Part shown: piece by piece, positions 1 to 9,273 of the stretch
Layout: each line of letters starts with the position of its first letter
Numbering within the stretch: position 1 is the first letter of the stretch
Source of the DNA: Micropruina sp.
GTDB taxonomy: Bacteria; Actinomycetota; Actinomycetes; Propionibacteriales; Propionibacteriaceae
NCBI RefSeq assembly: GCF_047602385.1
Contig: NZ_JASGHL010000001.1
Coordinates: 692,360 to 756,359 of the forward strand
Direction: 5' to 3'
DNA: 64,000 nt
Program-made: the position numbers and the translations under genes
Notes under the pieces: generated by a model
Seen by the model: only the letters and a program-made list of their open reading frames with translations
Databases searched by the model: none
Told to the model about the DNA's origin: nothing

Positions 1-2
1 TG

Positions 3-776
3 ACCGTGCTCTGGCCGTCGATGTTCGTCGACAGCCACACCTGGGACGACCTGGCAGAGCTGATCACCGGCCGCACCTTGGTGCTGGTGGACGGACCGGG
101 CCTGGGCCGCAGCGAGCCCCTCACCCGGCGCAGCAGCATCGCCGAGGCGGCCGCGGCGGCGTCCGATCTGCTCGAGCAGCTGCCGTCGCTGGGCCTGGAC
201 GCCGGCCCGGTGGACTGGGTGGGCAACGCCTTCGGCGGCCATGTCGGCTACGAACTAGCTAGTCAGCCCAGGGTGTTGCGCAGTTTCGTGGCGATCAGCG
301 CACCGCCCGAGCCGGTCCCGGCGGCGCTGCGCCGCCAGGTCGCGCTGCTCGGACCACTGCTGCGCACTTTCGGGCCGGTCGGACCGGTGCGGAGTGCCAT
401 CTTCGGGGCATTGCTCACCGATGCCTCGGCTGCCGACCCGCGGATCGCCGGTGTGGTCCGGGCCAGCCTGGCGCGCCCGACCCGGCGCAGCCTCTCGCTG
501 GCGCTGCGTTCGTTCATCGTCGACCGGGTGGACGTCAGCGCGGCCCTGCCCCGGATCGGCGTGCCGACCCTGTTCGTGGCCGGCGACGACCGCGGGGACT
601 GGTCGCCCGAAGACGCCCGACGCGCGGCCGCAGCCGTCCCGGACGCCCGAGCGGTCACCATCGCCGGCGCCCGCACCCTGGTTCCTTTGGAGCGACCCGC
701 CGAGCTCGCCGCAGAGCTGGACCGTTTCTGGGTGCGGCAGAATGGAGCCTCTGTATCGAACCAGGAGAACCCGTGA
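3..776 (+). CDS. Alpha/beta hydrolase-fold protein, 5'-truncated by window edge, atypical catalytic residues
   Basis: LVDGPGLGRS, nucleophile elbow GNAFGG, VPTLFVAGDDR and LVPLERP motifs; frame open to the left edge; stop overlaps the next GTG (GTGA 773-776). Confidence 0.85.
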   Translation, partial: TVLWPSMFVDSHTWDDLAELITGRTLVLVDGPGLGRSEPLTRRSSIAEAAAAASDLLEQLPSLGLDAGPVDWVGNAFGGHVGYELASQPRVLRSFVAISAPPEPVPAALRRQVALLGPLLRTFGPVGPVRSAIFGALLTDASAADPRIAGVVRASLARPTRRSLSLALRSFIVDRVDVSAALPRIGVPTLFVAGDDRGDWSPEDARRAAAAVPDARAVTIAGARTLVPLERPAELAAELDRFWVRQNGASVSNQENP

Positions 777-1784
777 CTGAAACCGCGAGCAACGCCACCC
801 CGTCCCCCGAGTGGGCCGAACTGGGCAAGGTGCTCGTCATCATTCCCACCTACAACGAGGCCGAGAAACATCATCCCGATCGTGCAACGGCTGCGGACCG
901 CGGTGCCGGACGCCGACGTGCTGATCGCGGACGACAACTCCCCGGACGGCACCGGCCGGATCGCCGACGATCTGGTGGCCGGCGACGACCAGGTGCACGT
1001 CCTGCACCGGGTGGCCAAGGAAGGGCTGGGTGCGACCTACCTGGCCGGCTTCGCCTGGGGACTCGAGCGCGGCTACGGCGTCCTGGTCGAGCACGACGCC
1101 GACGGTTCCCACCAACCGGAGCAGCTGCCCAGCATGCTGCGTGCACTCAAGGACGCCGACATGGTGAAGGGTTCGCGCTGGGTGAAGGGCGGTTCGGTGA
1201 AGAACTGGCCCTGGCATCGCAAGGCGATCTCGGTCGGCGGTTCACTGTGGTCGCGGATGATGCTGGGCGTGCCGGTCCGCGATGTCACCGGGGGCTTCTC
1301 CGCGTTCCGCGCCGACACCCTGCGCGGGATCGACCTGGACACCATCGAGTCGGCCGGGTACGCCTTCCAGATCGACCTCGCCCGGCGGGCGATCGAGCGC
1401 GGCTTCCGCGTCACGGAGGTCCCGATCGAGTTCATCGAGCGCGAACGCGGCGACTCCAAGATGAGCGGGGGCATCGCTGTCGAGGCAATGCTGCTGACCA
1501 CCCGCTGGGGCCTGAAGCACCGCAGCCAGCAGGCGAAACAGTGGCTGGGGTTCGCTCGCGATGAGGCCCCAAAGGTGGCCGGCGAGGTCACCGAGAAGGT
1601 GGTCGCCGAGGCGCAGCGGCTGAGCCACGAGGTGAGCAAGCTGGCCGCGGACGCCGCCGAACGACTCGGCCCCGAGGTCGAGAAGTACGCCCAGCGGGCC
1701 AGCGCCGCGGTGGCCGAGCTGAGCAGCACGATCCGTCGCGAATCGACGAAGCTCACCGACGACAAGCCGGACGCCGGCAAATGA
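773..1784 (+). pseudogene. ppm1: Polyprenol monophosphomannose synthase (GT2) with a +1 frameshift at AAA 866-868; sequencing error or real pseudogene
   Basis: VLVIIPTYNEAE is in the 773 frame; DDNSPDGTG, VEHDADGSH, KGSRW and SAGYAFQID are in the 882 frame; removing one A restores E-N-I-I-P-I-V-Q-R; adjacent to fxsA and rbpA as in other actinobacteria. Confidence 0.85.
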
Positions 1785-2341
1785 CCACCCCGCAGCCCGT
1801 GCGCGGCCGGCGGCCCTGGCTCGCCCCGCTGGTGCTGCTGTTCTTCCTGACCGTCCCGATCATCGAGGTCTGGCTGCTGGTCAGTGTCGGTCAGCTGATC
1901 GGGGTCCTGCCCACGATCGGCATCCTGGTGCTGCAGGCGCTTCTCGGCGGCTGGCTGATGCGCCGCGAGGGCGCCAAGGCCTGGCGGGCACTCAACGAGT
2001 CGGTCGCCTCCGGACGTCTGCCCGGCGGTGAACTGCTCGACCCGGCGCTGATCGTGGTCGGCGGCGTCCTGGTGATGCTGCCCGGGTTCTTCACCGATGT
2101 CTTCGGGCTGATCTTCCTGCTGCCCTTCACCCGTCCGCTGGCCCGCGGCCTGCTGGGGCTGTTCATCACGCGGCGAGCGGCCCGCTCCGGGATCGACCTG
2201 AAGGTGATGCGGGCGAAGATGGAGGGCGACACGGTGATTCGCGGTGAGACCGTACCCGACCAACCACTTCGCGATAGCGCGCCGAACCCGCCGGGCCAGG
2301 CGTCCGATCCCACCGTCATCAAGGGCGAGATCGAACCCTAA
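1781..2341 (+). CDS. fxsA: FxsA family membrane protein
   Basis: VPIIEVWLL, hydrophobic N-terminus, LVMLPGFFTDVFGL motif; ATGA overlap with ppm1. Confidence 0.92.
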   Translation: MTTPQPVRGRRPWLAPLVLLFFLTVPIIEVWLLVSVGQLIGVLPTIGILVLQALLGGWLMRREGAKAWRALNESVASGRLPGGELLDPALIVVGGVLVMLPGFFTDVFGLIFLLPFTRPLARGLLGLFITRRAARSGIDLKVMRAKMEGDTVIRGETVPDQPLRDSAPNPPGQASDPTVIKGEIEP

Positions 2342-2375
2342 CCCGAGCACCGCTGGTGATCAGTACGTCACGGCG

Positions 2376-2705
2376 TCAGTTTCCGCGAATCTCGCCCAGC
2401 CGTTCGGCGAGCAGCTCCTCCAGCTCCTCGATGGAGCGGCGCTCGCGGAGCATGTCCCAGTGGGTGCGTGGCGGCTTGACCTCTTTGACCTCGGGTTCGA
2501 CGCCGTCCGAACGGCGCGCAACCGCGCCGCACCGGGGGCACTCCCACTCGGTCGGCAGATCGGCCTCTTCGGCGAAGGTGACGCTGAAGTGGTGACCCTT
2601 GGGGCAGTCGAAGCCGGTCTCCTGACGGGCGGCGAACTCGACGCCGGCGCCGTCGGCGAAGCTCTTCGAGCCCAGACCCGACCCGCGCAATGATCGCTCA
2701 GCCAT
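2376..2705 (-). CDS. rbpA: RNA polymerase-binding protein RbpA
   Basis: MAERSLRGSGLG, CPKGH...WECPRCG zinc motif, PPRTHWDMLRERRSIEELEELLAERL; SD GGAGAAG upstream. Confidence 0.96.
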   Translation of the reverse strand: MAERSLRGSGLGSKSFADGAGVEFAARQETGFDCPKGHHFSVTFAEEADLPTEWECPRCGAVARRSDGVEPEVKEVKPPRTHWDMLRERRSIEELEELLAERLGEIRGN

Positions 2706-2778
2706 AACTTCTCCCTCCGGCCGGGCGACCCGGCGAGCGGCCCGACCGCCTCCACGCTACCGGGTCACCCCAAGCGCT

Positions 2779-4128
2779 TCACAAGACTTTGGGCAACTCG
2801 TTCCCTGCCTGCTGAATTCCCCGGCGCATATCGACCCGGCTCAGCAATATGCCCCCGACAAGGAAGAACAGCACCAAGGTGAGGATGGCCAGGCGATAGG
2901 ACTGGCTGAACTGGAAGACCAGCGCGAAGCTCAGCGTGCCCAGCCAACTGGTCCCGCGCTCCATCGCCTGATAGAAGCTGAAGTACTCCGACTCGCGTCC
3001 CTTGGGCACCAGCTGGGAATACATCGACCGGCTCAACGCCTGGGTGCCGCCCATCACCAGCCCGATCGCGGCGCCCAGCGCCAGCAGTGCACCGAAGACT
3101 CCGGCGGGCAGGAAGAAGGCGACCGAGACCACCCCGAACCAGATCGCGATGCCGATCAGCACGGTCCGCTTGGCGCCCAGCCGGGCCGCGACGCGTCCGA
3201 ACAACAGGGCACCGCCGAAGGCGACGAACTGGGTGAGCAGGAAGGTGATCATCACGTTCGAGGTGGACATGCCCAACTCGAGTTGCGCGTAGAGGCTGGA
3301 CTGTCCGATCACCGTCTGGATGCCGTCGTTGAAGAACAGGTAGGCGAGCAGGAACAGCATCGTCTGCGGATAACGCCGCAGGTCGATGAAGGTGTCGGCC
3401 AACTGGCGCAGCGGGTTGCGTCGCGCGGCGGGGGAGTCGGCGACGTCCGCCAGAGCACGGGGCGGCAGCGCCCGTAGCCCCAGCACCGGGATGATGGTGA
3501 ACAGCCCCCACCACAGCCCGGCCGACAGCAGGCTGAGCCGGATCGCCATGCCGTAGCTGATGCCGAGCGGCTCGTAGGCGGTCATCACCACCAGGTTCAG
3601 CGCCAGCAGCAGCCCGCCGCCCAGGTAGCCCAGCGCCCAGCCCCGGCTGGAGACCCGATCGCGGTCGTCGGGGGACGCGATCCGCACCAGGATGCCGTCG
3701 TAGATCACCTGGGACGACCCGATGCAAAGATTCGCCACGATCATCAGCACCGCACCCAGCTGCCAGTTGGTGCCGCTGAGCAGGAACATCGCCGATGCCG
3801 CGGCAGCGCCCACCCAGGCCAGGCCGCCCAGCCACCACTGCGGATGCCGGGAACGGTCGGCGATGACGCCGATCAGCAGCAGCGCGATCGTGGTGAGAAT
3901 GGTCGAGATGGTGACCAGGAACGGGTGCACCGCACCCGGCAGCACCCCGATGCCGAACAACGACACCGGGGTGGTGCAGACAGCACCGGCCGCCAGGTCG
4001 GGGCAGGCCGCATTGGTGGCCAGGCTGGTCAGGTAGGGGCCCAGGATCACCGTGGAGGTGGTGGTCACGTAGGCCGAGTTGGCCCAGTCGTACCAGTACC
4101 AGGCCCGCTGCTGTCCGGTGCTGCGCAT
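2779..4128 (-). CDS. MFS transporter (UMF1/Atg22-like)
   Basis: WYWYDWANSAY N-terminal motif, about 12 hydrophobic segments, DRVSSRGWALGYLGG; ATG at 4128 overlaps the upstream gene's TGA. Confidence 0.9.
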   Translation of the reverse strand: MRSTGQQRAWYWYDWANSAYVTTTSTVILGPYLTSLATNAACPDLAAGAVCTTPVSLFGIGVLPGAVHPFLVTISTILTTIALLLIGVIADRSRHPQWWLGGLAWVGAAAASAMFLLSGTNWQLGAVLMIVANLCIGSSQVIYDGILVRIASPDDRDRVSSRGWALGYLGGGLLLALNLVVMTAYEPLGISYGMAIRLSLLSAGLWWGLFTIIPVLGLRALPPRALADVADSPAARRNPLRQLADTFIDLRRYPQTMLFLLAYLFFNDGIQTVIGQSSLYAQLELGMSTSNVMITFLLTQFVAFGGALLFGRVAARLGAKRTVLIGIAIWFGVVSVAFFLPAGVFGALLALGAAIGLVMGGTQALSRSMYSQLVPKGRESEYFSFYQAMERGTSWLGTLSFALVFQFSQSYRLAILTLVLFFLVGGILLSRVDMRRGIQQAGNELPKVL

Positions 4129-4910
4129 CAGTTCCCTTCCCACAGGCCGCGCTCGGCCAAGACCTCGGCAAGCAATTCGATCCGGTCGCTGACCAGGCCG
4201 TCCACCCCCAGGTCGAGGAGTCGCTCCATCTCGGCGCGGTCGTTGACGGTCCAGACCTGGACGGCGCGGCCGGCGGCGTGCGCCGTCCGGATCAGTCCCC
4301 TGGTGAGCACCGGAACCCGGTCGCGCCAGGCGCGGGCCGGGATCTGCAACACCACCCCCGGTGAGCGGGCGATCCGGCGTCCGAGCGGGGCGTAGGCCTG
4401 CCAGGCGACGCCGAGCGGACCGACCGCGGTCGCGACGCGTCCCTGAGCCAGTCGCCGGAACGCCCGGATCCGGGCCGACGAGAAGGAGCCGACGCAGACC
4501 CGGTCGTGGGCGTTGTGGGCATCGATCGCCCGGACCAGCGGGGCGATCGCCTGCGGCACCTTGAGGTCGATGTTGAACCTCGCCTGGGGCAGCGTCTCGA
4601 ACAGCTCGTCGAAACTGGGGATCGGGTCGAGTCCGGCGACGCGGACTTCGCGCAGGGCGTCCCAGGGCAGTTGTTCCGGGACACCGGTGGCGTCGGTGAC
4701 CCGGTCCAGGGTGTGGTCGTGGAAGGAGAACAGCACGCCGTCGGCGGAGGCATGGGCGTCGGTCTCCAGGTAGCGGTAGCCACGCTCGACCGCCCGGCGG
4801 AAGGCGTACATGGTGTTCTCGCGGGGGCGGTCGGCGTCGGTCAGGTAGCCGCCCCGGTGCGCCATCGCGGCGAAGCGCGTGTCGAAGTAGCGGTAGTCGC
4901 CGGCCTGCAC
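4128..4910 (-). CDS. Glycerophosphodiester phosphodiesterase
   Basis: AHRGG, RENT, ETDAH, HDHTLDR, VWTVND and GVDGLVSD motifs; GTG start at 4910 chosen because CATACT lies 6 nt upstream. Confidence 0.92.
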   Translation of the reverse strand: MQAGDYRYFDTRFAAMAHRGGYLTDADRPRENTMYAFRRAVERGYRYLETDAHASADGVLFSFHDHTLDRVTDATGVPEQLPWDALREVRVAGLDPIPSFDELFETLPQARFNIDLKVPQAIAPLVRAIDAHNAHDRVCVGSFSSARIRAFRRLAQGRVATAVGPLGVAWQAYAPLGRRIARSPGVVLQIPARAWRDRVPVLTRGLIRTAHAAGRAVQVWTVNDRAEMERLLDLGVDGLVSDRIELLAEVLAERGLWEGN

Positions 4911-4956
4911 GGGCTCAGTATGGGCGACCGGCGGCGACCAGGGCCATAATCGGGAC

Positions 4957-5262
4957 ATGTCGGAGACTTCTGCACCCATCCGTCAGGCCCTGCGGGACGC
5001 GCTGCCGGGAGCGATGAATGCGCGCGACACACCGGCGCGCGACGCGATCAGGTCGACGCTGGCCGCGATCGAGAACGCCGAGGCGGTCGGCACGACCGAG
5101 CCCGGACGCCCAGAACTCGACGAGGAGCACAGCCTGGAGATCGTCAGCGCCGAGCGTGATGAGCGGTTGGCCGCGGCGGCGGAGTACCGCGGCCGGGGCG
5201 AGCACGACCGGGCCAGCCGGCTGGAGGCCGAGGCGGCGGCGCTGGACGCGTTCCTGTGCTGA
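4957..5262 (+). CDS. Small GatB/YqeY-like helical protein
   Basis: LRDALPGAMNARD...AIRSTLAAIENAE pattern; CATAAT 6 nt upstream of ATG. Confidence 0.7.
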   Translation: MSETSAPIRQALRDALPGAMNARDTPARDAIRSTLAAIENAEAVGTTEPGRPELDEEHSLEIVSAERDERLAAAAEYRGRGEHDRASRLEAEAAALDAFLC

Positions 5263-5322
5263 GACTGAGGGCAATCTGAGAGTGTTTCCGCCGTACGACT
5301 GTCTGCGACACAATAGGGCCTC

Positions 5323-6177
5323 GTGACAACAATCCTCTCCATCCAGTCCTCGGTCGCCTACGGCCATGTCGGCAACAGCGCGGCCACATTCCCGCTGATG
5401 CGCTCCGGCATCGAGGTCTGGCCGGTGCTGACCGTGCACTTCTCCAACCACACCGGGTACGGCGAGTGGCGCGGCCCGCTGCTGGCCGCCGAGGACGTCG
5501 CCGAGGTCGTCCAGGGGATCGATGACCGCGGCGTGCTGCCCAGGGTGGACGCCGTGCTCTCGGGCTACCAGGGGGCCGAAGCGGTCGGCGCCGTGGTGCT
5601 CGATGCGGTGGAGCTGGTCAAGGAACGCAGCCCGCGGGCGATCTACTGCTGCGATCCGGTGATGGGCGACGTCGGCCGCGGCTTCTTCGTCCGGCCCGGG
5701 ATCCCCGAGTTCATGCGCGACCGGGTCGTCCCCAAGGCGCAGATCGTCACCCCCAACCATTTCGAGCTGGACTTCCTCACCGGCCGCGAGACCCGCACCC
5801 TTGATCAGGTGCTGGACGCCGCGCATGCACTGCGCTCCGTGGGCCCGGAGACCGTACTGGTCACGTCGGTGGTGACCGACGCCACCGAGGACGACTCGCT
5901 GACCATGCTGGCGGTGACCGGGGAGGGCGCCTGGCAGGTGACCACCCCGCGGCTGGACCGCACCTTCACCGGCTCCGGCGACCTGACCGCGGCGATGTTC
6001 CTGGCGCACTGGCTACGCACCCAGTCGGCGTCCCAGGCCGTCGGCGCGACCGCCGACATCGTCTACTCGGTGCTGAAGCAGACCGCGGACTCCGGGCTGC
6101 CCGAGTTGCAGCTGGTGGCCGCCCAGGACGAGATCGTCACCCCGACCTACCACTTCGACGTCCACCAGGTGCGCTGA
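5323..6177 (+). CDS. pdxY: Pyridoxal kinase
   Basis: [44 protein letters not shown] motifs. Confidence 0.95.
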   Translation: MTTILSIQSSVAYGHVGNSAATFPLMRSGIEVWPVLTVHFSNHTGYGEWRGPLLAAEDVAEVVQGIDDRGVLPRVDAVLSGYQGAEAVGAVVLDAVELVKERSPRAIYCCDPVMGDVGRGFFVRPGIPEFMRDRVVPKAQIVTPNHFELDFLTGRETRTLDQVLDAAHALRSVGPETVLVTSVVTDATEDDSLTMLAVTGEGAWQVTTPRLDRTFTGSGDLTAAMFLAHWLRTQSASQAVGATADIVYSVLKQTADSGLPELQLVAAQDEIVTPTYHFDVHQVR

Positions 6178-6180
6178 GGC

Positions 6181-7701
6181 TCAGTCCCGGAAGACCTCGA
6201 TGTGGGCGCCGAGGGTGTTGAGCCGGTTGGGCAGGTCCTCGTAGCCGCGGTTGATCACGTAGACGTCGCGCAGCACGCTGGTGCCACGGGCCGCGAGGGC
6301 GGCCAGCAGCAGACAGACCGCCGGCCGTAGCGCCGGGGGAGAGATGACCTCCTGGCCGCGCCACCGGGTGGGGCCGGTGACGATGATCCGGTGCGGATCG
6401 AGCAGTTGGACGTTGGCGCCCAGCTTGGTGAGCTCCACCAGGTGGATCGCCCGGTTCTCGTACACCCAGTCGTGGATCATCGTGCGACCCTGCGCCACCG
6501 CCGCGATGACGGCGAAGAACGGCAGGTTGTCGATGTTCAGCCCCGGGAACGGCATCGGATGGATCTTGTCCGCACTGGCGTGCAACTCCGATGGGTGCAC
6601 GGTGATGTCGACCAGCCGGGTGTTGCCGTTCTCCGCCGGGTACTCGGGCGACAAGTCCAGCGACTGACCCATCTCGGCCAGGATCTCGAGCTCGATCTCC
6701 AGGAACTCGATCGGGCACCGCTGGACGGTGAGCTCGGAGCCGGTCACGATGGCGGCGGTGAGCAGGCTCATCGCTTCGATCGGGTCCTCGGACGGCGCGA
6801 ACGCGATGTCGGTGTCGATCACCGGCAGGCCGCGGACCCGCAGGGTGGTGGAGCCGATGCCGTCGACCTGGACACCGAGCTGGCGCAGGAAGAAGCACAG
6901 GTCCTGCACCATGTAGTTGCTGCTGGCATTGCGGATGACGGTTTCGCCGGGGTGCCGGGCGGCCGCCATCAAGACGTTCTCGGTGACCGTGTCGCCGCGC
7001 TCGGTGAGAGTGATCGACAGGTGCGCCTGCGGGTCGATCGGGCTGACGGTGGCGTGGTAGGAGCCCTCGGTGGCCTTGATGTCGAGGCCGAAGTGCCGCA
7101 ACGCCTGCAGGTGCGGGGTGACAGTTCGGGTGCCGAGATTGCAGCCGCCGGCATAGGGGAGTTCGAAGAACTTCTCCTCATGCAGCAGCGGACCGAGGAA
7201 CATGATGATCGAGCGAGTCCGGCGGGCGGCCTCGACGTCCATGCTGCTGAGATCGAGCCGTTCGGGACGGATCAGCTCGAGTTCGCTGCGATCGGGCGAC
7301 CAGAGCGCGCGCACCCCGACGCTGGTCAACACCTCGAGGATCCGGTTCACCTCTTCGATCTGCGCGATGCCACGCAACACGGTGCGGCCGCGGTTCAGCA
7401 GGGAGGCGCACAGCAGCGCGACGGCCGCGTTCTTGGACGACCGGACCTCGATCGATCCGCTGAGGGTGGTCTCGCCGCGGATCCGCAGGTGCAGCGCGCC
7501 GCTGCTCGACTGGGGCTGTTCCAGTGCCTCGGCGATCCGGTTGACCAGGTCGACGGACAGTTGCCGTTGACCGGCTTCGAGGTCGCCGATGATGTCGGTC
7601 GAGGTGCCCAACTCGGCGGCCAGCTCCTGTTGGGAGAGTCCGCGCTGCCTACGGGCGTCCCGGATCAGGAAGCCGATGCCGGTGGGGGATAGCTCTGCCA
7701 C
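6181..7701 (-). CDS. murA: UDP-N-acetylglucosamine 1-carboxyvinyltransferase with N-terminal XRE-type HTH
   Basis: IRDARRQRGLSQQELA HTH followed by SSKNAAVALL, AGGCNLGTR (Cys115/Arg120 equivalents), HDWVYENR, PPALRPA; GTG start at 7701 has TATGCT 6 nt upstream. Confidence 0.92.
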   Translation of the reverse strand: MAELSPTGIGFLIRDARRQRGLSQQELAAELGTSTDIIGDLEAGQRQLSVDLVNRIAEALEQPQSSSGALHLRIRGETTLSGSIEVRSSKNAAVALLCASLLNRGRTVLRGIAQIEEVNRILEVLTSVGVRALWSPDRSELELIRPERLDLSSMDVEAARRTRSIIMFLGPLLHEEKFFELPYAGGCNLGTRTVTPHLQALRHFGLDIKATEGSYHATVSPIDPQAHLSITLTERGDTVTENVLMAAARHPGETVIRNASSNYMVQDLCFFLRQLGVQVDGIGSTTLRVRGLPVIDTDIAFAPSEDPIEAMSLLTAAIVTGSELTVQRCPIEFLEIELEILAEMGQSLDLSPEYPAENGNTRLVDITVHPSELHASADKIHPMPFPGLNIDNLPFFAVIAAVAQGRTMIHDWVYENRAIHLVELTKLGANVQLLDPHRIIVTGPTRWRGQEVISPPALRPAVCLLLAALAARGTSVLRDVYVINRGYEDLPNRLNTLGAHIEVFRD

Positions 7702-7816
7702 CCGGGAAGCATAGGCCATGCGATCGGCGGCCGATCCCGACCGGTCGGCGACAAGGGTGATCATCGTGGCGCCGGTGGGCTGAAAACTGTGGATGGCGTC
7801 CACTAGGGTGCTCCCC

Positions 7817-9214
7817 ATGAGCGCACACTTCGACGTCGTTGTCCTGGGAGCGGGCCCGGGCGGGTATGTGGCCGCCATCCGCGCCGCACAGCTTGGCCAG
7901 AAAGTGGCCATCATCGAGAAGCAGTGGTGGGGCGGCGTCTGCCTCAACGTGGGCTGCATCCCGACCAAATCGTTGCTGCGAAACGCCGAGCTGGCGCACA
8001 TCTTCACCCACGAGAAGGAACTGTTCGGCATTGAGGGCGAGGTCACCTTCAACTTCGGCAAGGCGTTCTCGCGCAGCCGTGAGGTGTCGAACCGCATGGT
8101 CGGCGGCATCCACTACCTGATGAAGAAGAACAAGATCACCGAGTTCAACGGCTGGGGCACCTTCGTCGACGCGAAGACGATCGAGGTGAAGACCGACTCC
8201 GGCACCGAGACGGTCACCTTCGACAACTGCATCATCGCCACCGGTTCGACCACCCGGATGATTCCCGGCACCTCGCGCAGCGCTCGCGTCTTCACCTACG
8301 AAGAGCAGATCCTGGCCGACAATCTGCCGGCCTCCATCATCATCTGCGGCTCGGGCGCGATCGGCACCGAGTTCGCCTACGTACTCGCCAACTACGGGGT
8401 CAAGGTCACCATCGTCGAGTTCCTCGACCGGATGGTGCCGCTGGAGGATCCGGAGATCTCCCGCGAGCTGGCCAAGGCCTACAAGAAGCTCGGCATCGAC
8501 GTGCTCACCTCGACCAAGGTCGAGGCCATCGAGGACACCGGTTCCGGCGTCAAGGTGACGGTCAGCCCGGCCAAGGGCGGCGACAGCCGGGTGCTCGAGG
8601 CCGACCGGGTGCTGCAGTCGATCGGCTTCGCCCCGCGCACCCAGGGCTACGGCCTGGAGAAGCTGGGCGTCGAACTGACCGAGCGCGGCGCGATCAAGAT
8701 CGACGACTACATGCGCACCAACGTCCCGGGCATCTACGCGATCGGCGACGTCACGATGAAGCTGGCGCTGGCGCACACCGCGGAGGCCCAGGGCGTGGTC
8801 GCCGCCGAGACGATCACCGGGGCCGAGACCATGCCGATCAACTACGACATGATCCCGCGAGCGACCTACTGCCAGCCGCAGATCGGTTCGTTCGGCTACA
8901 CCGAGGAGCAGGCCAAGGAGCGCGGCTACGACGTGAAGGTGGCCAAATTCCCGTTCACCGCCAATGGCAAGGCGCACGGCCTTGGCGATGCGACCGGCTT
9001 CGTGAAGGTGGTGGCCGATGCCGAGCACAACGAGATCCTCGGCGCCCACATGATCGGACCCGATGTGACTGAGCTGCTGCCCGAGCTGACGCTGGCGCAG
9101 ATGTGGGACCTGACCGCCGAAGAGGTGGGCCGCAATATTCACGCCCACCCGACCCTGTCGGAGACCTTGAAGGAGTCGGTGGAGGGCATCGCCGGCCACA
9201 TGATCAACTTCTGA
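7817..9214 (+). CDS. lpdA: Dihydrolipoamide dehydrogenase
   Basis: [34 protein letters not shown]. Confidence 0.96.
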   Translation: MSAHFDVVVLGAGPGGYVAAIRAAQLGQKVAIIEKQWWGGVCLNVGCIPTKSLLRNAELAHIFTHEKELFGIEGEVTFNFGKAFSRSREVSNRMVGGIHYLMKKNKITEFNGWGTFVDAKTIEVKTDSGTETVTFDNCIIATGSTTRMIPGTSRSARVFTYEEQILADNLPASIIICGSGAIGTEFAYVLANYGVKVTIVEFLDRMVPLEDPEISRELAKAYKKLGIDVLTSTKVEAIEDTGSGVKVTVSPAKGGDSRVLEADRVLQSIGFAPRTQGYGLEKLGVELTERGAIKIDDYMRTNVPGIYAIGDVTMKLALAHTAEAQGVVAAETITGAETMPINYDMIPRATYCQPQIGSFGYTEEQAKERGYDVKVAKFPFTANGKAHGLGDATGFVKVVADAEHNEILGAHMIGPDVTELLPELTLAQMWDLTAEEVGRNIHAHPTLSETLKESVEGIAGHMINF

Positions 9215-9273
9215 TCCGGAAACCACCGGGGCGGGTGGGTGCCCGACGGGGATCCGGCGCAGACAATGGGTCA

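Noticed and set aside
5263-5322. CTGAGGGCAATCTGAGAG upstream of pdxY, resembling part of a TPP riboswitch
   Set aside because: The other conserved TPP elements are missing and the region is too short.
7702-8109. N-terminal extension of murA in the ORF track (642 aa)
   Set aside because: Runs antisense into lpdA; the promoter-supported start is GTG 7701.
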